This document shows positions 34,635 through 39,981 of a DNA stretch of 39,981 nucleotides, piece by piece; position 1 is the first letter of the stretch, and every line of letters begins with the position of its first letter. Position numbers and translations under genes: made by a program. Source of the stretch: a virus. Lineage: Duplodnaviria > Heunggongvirae > Uroviricota > Caudoviricetes. The notes beneath the pieces are model-generated. The model saw only the letters and a list, made by a program, of their open reading frames with translations. It did not search any database and was not told the origin of the DNA. The stretch lies in the IMG/VR virus record IMGVR_UViG_3300013307_000673; one strand, written 5' to 3'.

Positions 34635-35693
34635 ATGACTAAGCCTTATGATAAAAACGACAATGACACCTATGTTGAGAAGTTCTCAAACAATCCTGTC
34701 CGGGATGTTGAGGTTCACATGTTTCGAGATCCTAAAGGTAAAGTAACAGGCCCATGTGGTCAGTCTGGACATTACAGTGTTGAGTCTGCAATCAAAGCCG
34801 AGAACAATGTTTTACACTTTCCTAAAGCAAAAGATATAGATGCTAATAACTTCTCACTGATTAAGCATAAAAAGATTGCCACGTTCTACCCACTATCTTT
34901 GGTAATGCGCTATGAGATGGAAGAGAACTCACTGATAGGTCATTATAAAACGCCTATTTTCTTTGATGCGAAGAAAGAAAAATTTGTTGTTCTTATGGAT
35001 TACCGTTTTGCTCGCGATCTTGACATTTCTGAGCTTGGTCGTATTGAGGGTCTTCTTCAGTATAACGACAAAAAAGACCCAGACATTAAGTATATTGGTA
35101 TTGCTTACAATCAAATTAGCGATATTGAAAAATCAAATACTACATTTACAGCACTCTCTGAAGCCTATACTAACTACAAAATGACTATGCAACAGGGTGA
35201 AAAAGTCATTGTGGTTAGCACCAAATCAGCCGATAATAAAACGCTTGAGTTGCTTAAAAGTTCATCATTAAGCCTTCAGGAAGCGTTAGGTCAGGCTATT
35301 TTCAGCACAAGTTTTACTTTTGAGTATGCAGTTGCTGTGCGCTTTAAGAATCGTTATTATTTGCTTGATAGCGAAGGTAATATCATGCGCAGCAAATCAT
35401 TCTTTATCAATAAAGAAGAAAAGCAGAAATATCATAATGGTCTGGCTGTTAAACAAGCATTTCAGGGAGAAGGTCTTTTTGACAACGAAAAAGGCACTGT
35501 TCAGCTCTTTGTCACAGCTTACTCTGATGAGCAGTTTGAGATTATTAAGCGCCTTAAAGATCGCATTCATCAAATCCATCAGGAAATCGCAGTGCTTTTC
35601 AGTAGCTCATCAAGTAATAGCAATGCGCTTGATGAAAGCATCCTGTCCCTGCCTGATAACAGCGCCATCAAAAAACTCGCGAATCATGGATAA
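34635..35693 (+). CDS. hypothetical protein
   Basis: 352 aa ORF with TTGAAC..TGCTATACT promoter and terminator. Confidence 0.85.
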   Translation: MTKPYDKNDNDTYVEKFSNNPVRDVEVHMFRDPKGKVTGPCGQSGHYSVESAIKAENNVLHFPKAKDIDANNFSLIKHKKIATFYPLSLVMRYEMEENSLIGHYKTPIFFDAKKEKFVVLMDYRFARDLDISELGRIEGLLQYNDKKDPDIKYIGIAYNQISDIEKSNTTFTALSEAYTNYKMTMQQGEKVIVVSTKSADNKTLELLKSSSLSLQEALGQAIFSTSFTFEYAVAVRFKNRYYLLDSEGNIMRSKSFFINKEEKQKYHNGLAVKQAFQGEGLFDNEKGTVQLFVTAYSDEQFEIIKRLKDRIHQIHQEIAVLFSSSSSNSNALDESILSLPDNSAIKKLANHG

Positions 35694-35739
35694 CAAAAAA
35701 GGAGCTTAGGCTCCTTTTTCTTTTCAACTATTTGTTATC

Positions 35740-36186
35740 TTAAAACAGACCAAGAGCTGTCAGCATTGACTTAGAACCAGAGGTGAAGAACTCTTTCATC
35801 TCCGGCAAATCTTTTTTATTTATCCACTTAAGTCCCACGATTTCTTCTTTATCAAACTCAATCTTATCAATATCTATCTCATGATTAACGTGATAAACAT
35901 GCCAGTCATGCACATCCACACCATAGCGGCAACTATCAGGCAACTCGACAAAACTTTTCATCAAGGAATAACTCGAAATGTTAAGGTTCATTTCTTCACT
36001 GACTTCACGGAGCAAAGCATCCTCAATAGACTCGCCTTCCTCAAGGTGACCTGCCACCACACTAAACTTCTTTTTATAAGCAGGATCGGCTTTCTGTATG
36101 ATTAAAATATCTTCTCCTTTAAAGAAAAGTGCAGAAACGGTTGTATGAACCTTTTGGTTGCTCTGACTAAGACGCTCAAGCTTCAT
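35740..36186 (-). CDS. NUDIX hydrolase
   Basis: Nudix box GHLEEGESIEDALLREVSEEMNL. Confidence 0.9.
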   Translation of the reverse strand: MKLERLSQSNQKVHTTVSALFFKGEDILIIQKADPAYKKKFSVVAGHLEEGESIEDALLREVSEEMNLNISSYSLMKSFVELPDSCRYGVDVHDWHVYHVNHEIDIDKIEFDKEEIVGLKWINKKDLPEMKEFFTSGSKSMLTALGLF

Positions 36187-36589
36187 TTTTATTTCCTTTT
36201 ACAATGATAGTAAGTTTGTTCCACATTTTCTTATTGAATAAATACGTTATATTCTGAACTTCTTTCTTATTTTCGTCAAAGTTCTTTTCAATATAGATAG
36301 TGTGATAGCGATCATCAACCTCACCAAAGCCTTCATCTATCTTTAAACCATCAAAATAAATAACCACCCTAGCTTTTCCGAGGCATGGATTGACATCACA
36401 ACCTACAACACTTTTAACTTGCCCGGCGATATGAGAGCTATACAGTGTATTATCATTTAAAACAACTTTGCCTTTGATATCTCCATTCATAAAATCATCT
36501 TCAAGTTTTGCTATTTCAGAAGAGTCGCTTGTTGAAAAGTGCTGATTAAGTTTTTTACCTATAGGACTAAAAATAGTAAGCTGAGTCAT
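36176..36589 (-). CDS. hypothetical protein coupled to NUDIX gene
   Basis: GGAG RBS; overlaps NUDIX start. Confidence 0.75.
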   Translation of the reverse strand: MTQLTIFSPIGKKLNQHFSTSDSSEIAKLEDDFMNGDIKGKVVLNDNTLYSSHIAGQVKSVVGCDVNPCLGKARVVIYFDGLKIDEGFGEVDDRYHTIYIEKNFDENKKEVQNITYLFNKKMWNKLTIIVKGNKNEA

Positions 36590-36760
36590 ATTATTCTCCA
36601 TTAATTAAAAAATATGCTTAGTGTAACATTCTTAAAAATCAGTTACAAGAGAAATTTCTATTAATATTCTTGATATTTTCTAAAAATAATGTTAAAAGTT
36701 ATACTTATCAGAAATATAAAGCGTGTAGTTTACATTTAACTTAAGAAAAGGAGAGCTAAT

Positions 36761-36970
36761 ATGAAAAAGATAATCGCAGCAAGCCTTATTGCTATGACTC
36801 TTGCGGGTTGTGCTTCTGGTCCAGATAAAGGTTATTATGATCAGAATGGACAGTATCATGCTTCAGCAGACGCAGTAAATGCTGACCGCTGGACAACTGC
36901 AGGTGCTATCGCAGCAGGTGCAGCAGCCGTTGCCGGTTTGACTCTTGGTATCGTTGCCGTAACCAAGTAA
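36761..36970 (+). CDS. small lipoprotein with C-terminal Ala/Gly-rich hydrophobic helix
   Basis: lipobox LAGC; AAGGAG RBS; terminator follows. Confidence 0.85.
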   Translation: MKKIIAASLIAMTLAGCASGPDKGYYDQNGQYHASADAVNADRWTTAGAIAAGAAAVAGLTLGIVAVTK

Positions 36971-37072
36971 GACCACAGTTTGATAAAGCCACCCGAAGGT
37001 GGCTTTTTTAATTGCTTTTCGGTTATTAAAATAGCTATAATTTTAACATACCATACATTTAAAGGATGAAGA

Positions 37073-37396
37073 ATGAAAAACAAAGACATCAGTAAACTTT
37101 ATGAAGAGAGTTTCAAACGAAAAGTAAGTTTTAATTTGGACGAAAGTGGAAAATACTTTAAAACAATTATACATGAAATAGTATTTTATTTTACTATTAA
37201 TAATCCCTGTTTTGATGAAAAGCTTGCTGTTACACGCGTTCATAAGGTTGATAAGAATGAGGCGCTCAAGTTAAAACATTTTTATAATGAACTTTTCGAT
37301 TTAAGCGAAGTTTACACAACATATCCAGAACTTAACTATACTGAGATCAGAAAAAATATTGAATCTTATTTTAATAGAGTATGCGCAGCTCTTTAA
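37073..37396 (+). CDS. hypothetical protein
   Basis: 107 aa ORF, AAGGA RBS. Confidence 0.7.
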   Translation: MKNKDISKLYEESFKRKVSFNLDESGKYFKTIIHEIVFYFTINNPCFDEKLAVTRVHKVDKNEALKLKHFYNELFDLSEVYTTYPELNYTEIRKNIESYFNRVCAAL

Positions 37397-37911
37397 CCAC
37401 ACAGGCTAAGTCAATGAAAGAGCCACTCAAAAGAAAAATGGGAAAACCTGTCTCTAAAGGTCAGGGCATTTCCCTTTGTCGTTATGGTGGCCTTACAATG
37501 GTCCGCCAACGTGGAAACTACGGTAACAATACTTTCCATAGTGCGCCGGAACGTTATGGCTTTTATGCTTTTCCTTATTCTTATATTGAGATGTTTCTAA
37601 CTGGTTCAACAAAGCAAAAGGAAGTCAAAGAAGGCACCTATAAGCGTTTTACAGCCCTTGATGGCTATCTTTGGACTCATCTTAAGCCTGCTCGTCAAGC
37701 CGACATCATCGCAGAGCACGACTCATGGTATAAGGTATCTGTTGAAGGCTATATTAAAGCGTTAAAGAAAGAGTACGCAAGACTTAGCCCTGCTATGTAT
37801 AAAGATTTCTATGGGGACAAAAAAGTGTTGCCTAACAGAGCCAATCCTTTTATAATAACAACCAAAGACGAGCTTGAAGTTTTCGTCACCCGTGAAACGA
37901 TTATTTCCTAA
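37381..37911 (+). CDS. hypothetical protein
   Basis: 176 aa ORF in operon; FHSAPERYGFYAFP. Confidence 0.8.
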   Translation: MRSSLTTQAKSMKEPLKRKMGKPVSKGQGISLCRYGGLTMVRQRGNYGNNTFHSAPERYGFYAFPYSYIEMFLTGSTKQKEVKEGTYKRFTALDGYLWTHLKPARQADIIAEHDSWYKVSVEGYIKALKKEYARLSPAMYKDFYGDKKVLPNRANPFIITTKDELEVFVTRETIIS

Positions 37912-37922
37912 AAGGATAACCT

Positions 37923-38690
37923 ATGACCACTCAACTTTTCGCCATTGAAGAATCCAAAGAAGGCTTTACTCCATCTACCAATTTTGACCTCTTTTCGGTT
38001 GCTTTATCGGCTGAACTTAAAAGCTATAAAGGCATCACGTGGTTTAGCTTTTTTGATAAAATCGATGCGTCTCGCATTAAGCTTTTTCATAAAGTTGTAG
38101 ACTTCTCAGACAAAACGCTTATTGAGTTTGATGGCTCTCTTATTGGTCATTTCTGCCAAACGGTACAAGCACGCAAGAATGTGCCGACCTATTTCATTTA
38201 TGATAAAGATGCTTTCCAGTCTATGCTTGACTATCTGGTTTCTTTCACTGATGAATACCATCGTGATTGCTCTGTGGTTAAAGAAACACAAGACGATCAT
38301 CCCATTCATAATGCTGAAACACGCTCTGACGAACGTTCAGTTTCTGTGTTAGCACAATGTATTTATGAAGAGCTTGGCGTTGTTTATGAGATTAATGATA
38401 CCATTCAGATTCATACTGATATTTCAAAACTCAACCTACCAGATCTGAAAATCATCACAGAACAACGTGGTCATTATTCAAATGAATACACCTCTGTATT
38501 TTTCAAAGGCGAGAAAATCGGTCATATCGTGTCAGAAGTCGTCAAATACTCTTTTGGATATGAAGAACGTGAGTTTTATACTTCTGACCGGAGCAAATGG
38601 AATGAAATGATTAAATACGTAATTGAGAATATCAAGTATGAGCGTAAGATTCATTTCTTTGTTATGGCTGAATCGGTTGAAGTCGCTTAA
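37923..38690 (+). CDS. hypothetical protein
   Basis: 255 aa ORF, AAGGA RBS, terminator follows. Confidence 0.8.
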   Translation: MTTQLFAIEESKEGFTPSTNFDLFSVALSAELKSYKGITWFSFFDKIDASRIKLFHKVVDFSDKTLIEFDGSLIGHFCQTVQARKNVPTYFIYDKDAFQSMLDYLVSFTDEYHRDCSVVKETQDDHPIHNAETRSDERSVSVLAQCIYEELGVVYEINDTIQIHTDISKLNLPDLKIITEQRGHYSNEYTSVFFKGEKIGHIVSEVVKYSFGYEEREFYTSDRSKWNEMIKYVIENIKYERKIHFFVMAESVEVA

Positions 38691-38818
38691 TCATAAATAA
38701 AAGCACCATTAGGTGCTTTTATTTTATCTAACTTGCCATTATATTATTAAAGAAAACAATATAGCCACAGTAGAAATTTTACGAAACGAAAGCAATATAA
38801 AAAGGCTGCCCGGCCTTT

Positions 38819-39241
38819 TTATAATATCAGTTTTTTGTTAAGCTCATCATAGATACGACACACTTCATCATAGAAGCAAAAATCTTTAGGAAGATTCCTT
38901 CTGTCATTTAGCAAATCGTATCGGATACCTGTTTCTAAATAAGTCCATAAAATCTTTTTACAAAAATCCCGATCTTTTTCGCTAACTTTCTCAGGATCTG
39001 ACCAGAAATCATTAACCATTAAAATAAACTCACCGCGTGTCTCCCCGGCTGATTTTCTTGATTGAAAACGCCGTCTTAATATCTTGGGATAATATTCTTG
39101 ACGCTCAGAATCATCTTGATCATGAGAGTAAGAACAGTATTCAGAAGCATCAAAACTGCCTGAACCTTTGTAAACTTCTCCACATATCTGACAACGATGC
39201 TCTTCGGTATTATCAAATAAAGACCTTATCCATTTAAGCAT
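38819..39241 (-). CDS. hypothetical protein with CxxC...CS..H motif
   Basis: CQICG...YCSYSH; GGAGG RBS. Confidence 0.75.
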   Translation of the reverse strand: MLKWIRSLFDNTEEHRCQICGEVYKGSGSFDASEYCSYSHDQDDSERQEYYPKILRRRFQSRKSAGETRGEFILMVNDFWSDPEKVSEKDRDFCKKILWTYLETGIRYDLLNDRRNLPKDFCFYDEVCRIYDELNKKLIL

Positions 39242-39270
39242 AATGACCTCCGCTTAAAAGAAAAGCCATT

Positions 39271-39747
39271 TCACATGGCTTTAAGATGATTTAAGAAGTT
39301 AGATAAATGGACAAGGGCAACATCGCCACTTTTTGAAATAATCAAATCCATTTCTTCCATTTCCTTTTCTCGTTTAGAGATTATGGTCGTAATCTCTTTC
39401 ATTAGGTCAGTAATCACATGAGGCTCCACCTCATCGGGCAATGCATCACATTTAGCGATAAACTCCTTACACTCATCCAGAAAGCAGTCATGTTTTAAAA
39501 CGCTTTGCGAGCACGCATCATGGCAGGCTTGGTTAGCTTCTAAGCACGCGTTAAACTCATTCAGTAAAATACCTGACAGCTCTGCACCTTTATTCTCGAT
39601 AGCTTTACGCATCTGCTCTTCGCTATTCAGCATAGAAACCTTAAGTTCTTTTAGGTGTTCAATCTGATTAAACGAAGAAACAAACATAGCTCCGCTGTGT
39701 ACCATTTGTCTAATTTTACTTTTAAACTCAGTTAGATCGTATAACAT
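39271..39747 (-). CDS. hypothetical helical protein
   Basis: AAGGA RBS; coiled-coil composition. Confidence 0.75.
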   Translation of the reverse strand: MLYDLTEFKSKIRQMVHSGAMFVSSFNQIEHLKELKVSMLNSEEQMRKAIENKGAELSGILLNEFNACLEANQACHDACSQSVLKHDCFLDECKEFIAKCDALPDEVEPHVITDLMKEITTIISKREKEMEEMDLIISKSGDVALVHLSNFLNHLKAM

Positions 39748-39764
39748 ATTTTATCCTTGTTTTA

Positions 39765-39971
39765 TTAGCGCATATATTTTTTCACTTCTTGACTGAAAGA
39801 ACTCAAAAAAGCAGAAGTTTTCTCAGAATAAGTAAGGCCAATATTTTTAACTTTCTTTTCCAAACTATTTACGTCTTCTTTAAGTCCAGAAAAATCTATC
39901 ATAGCACTACGCTCCACAATATCAGGAAGACTTTTAAGCTGCTCTGACAAGGCTTCATGTTTAATAGCCAC
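39765..39971 (-). CDS. hypothetical protein
   Basis: GTG start after GGAG; at window edge. Confidence 0.6.
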   Translation of the reverse strand: MAIKHEALSEQLKSLPDIVERSAMIDFSGLKEDVNSLEKKVKNIGLTYSEKTSAFLSSFSQEVKKYMR

Positions 39972-39981
39972 CTCTCCAATA

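Overview
AT-rich (roughly 35-40% GC by eye) accessory region of a large mobile element, most likely an enterobacterial-type conjugative megaplasmid (type IVb pilin, degenerate PilT/DotB-like ATPase, antitoxin homologues, no virion genes); a jumbo phage or phage-plasmid cannot be excluded. Most of the ~85 genes are small, lie on the minus strand and sit in short promoter-gene-terminator units, nine of which use a near-identical sigma70 promoter (TTGTGCAT-type -35, 17 bp spacer). Recognisable genes: a cupin / ThyX-like / Ham1-fusion nucleotide cluster, a solo TnpB, four ImmA/IrrE-like proteins all lacking HExxH, two Panacea (SocA/DUF4065) proteins, CcdA-like and AbrB/MazE-like antitoxins with no recognisable toxins, a cyclic-phosphate-processing receiver domain, a kinase-like protein, GNAT, ABC-type ATPase, NUDIX hydrolase and a family of two-cysteine exported proteins. 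The most unusual signals are non-coding: a tRNA-Cys-like RNA whose anticodon arm is replaced by an ~80 nt insert, two further promoter-to-terminator structured RNAs, a three-copy ~50 bp repeat array with 100-120 bp spacers, and 8-9 codon minigenes with strong ribosome binding sites. All family assignments come from motif recognition by eye; no database search was run.
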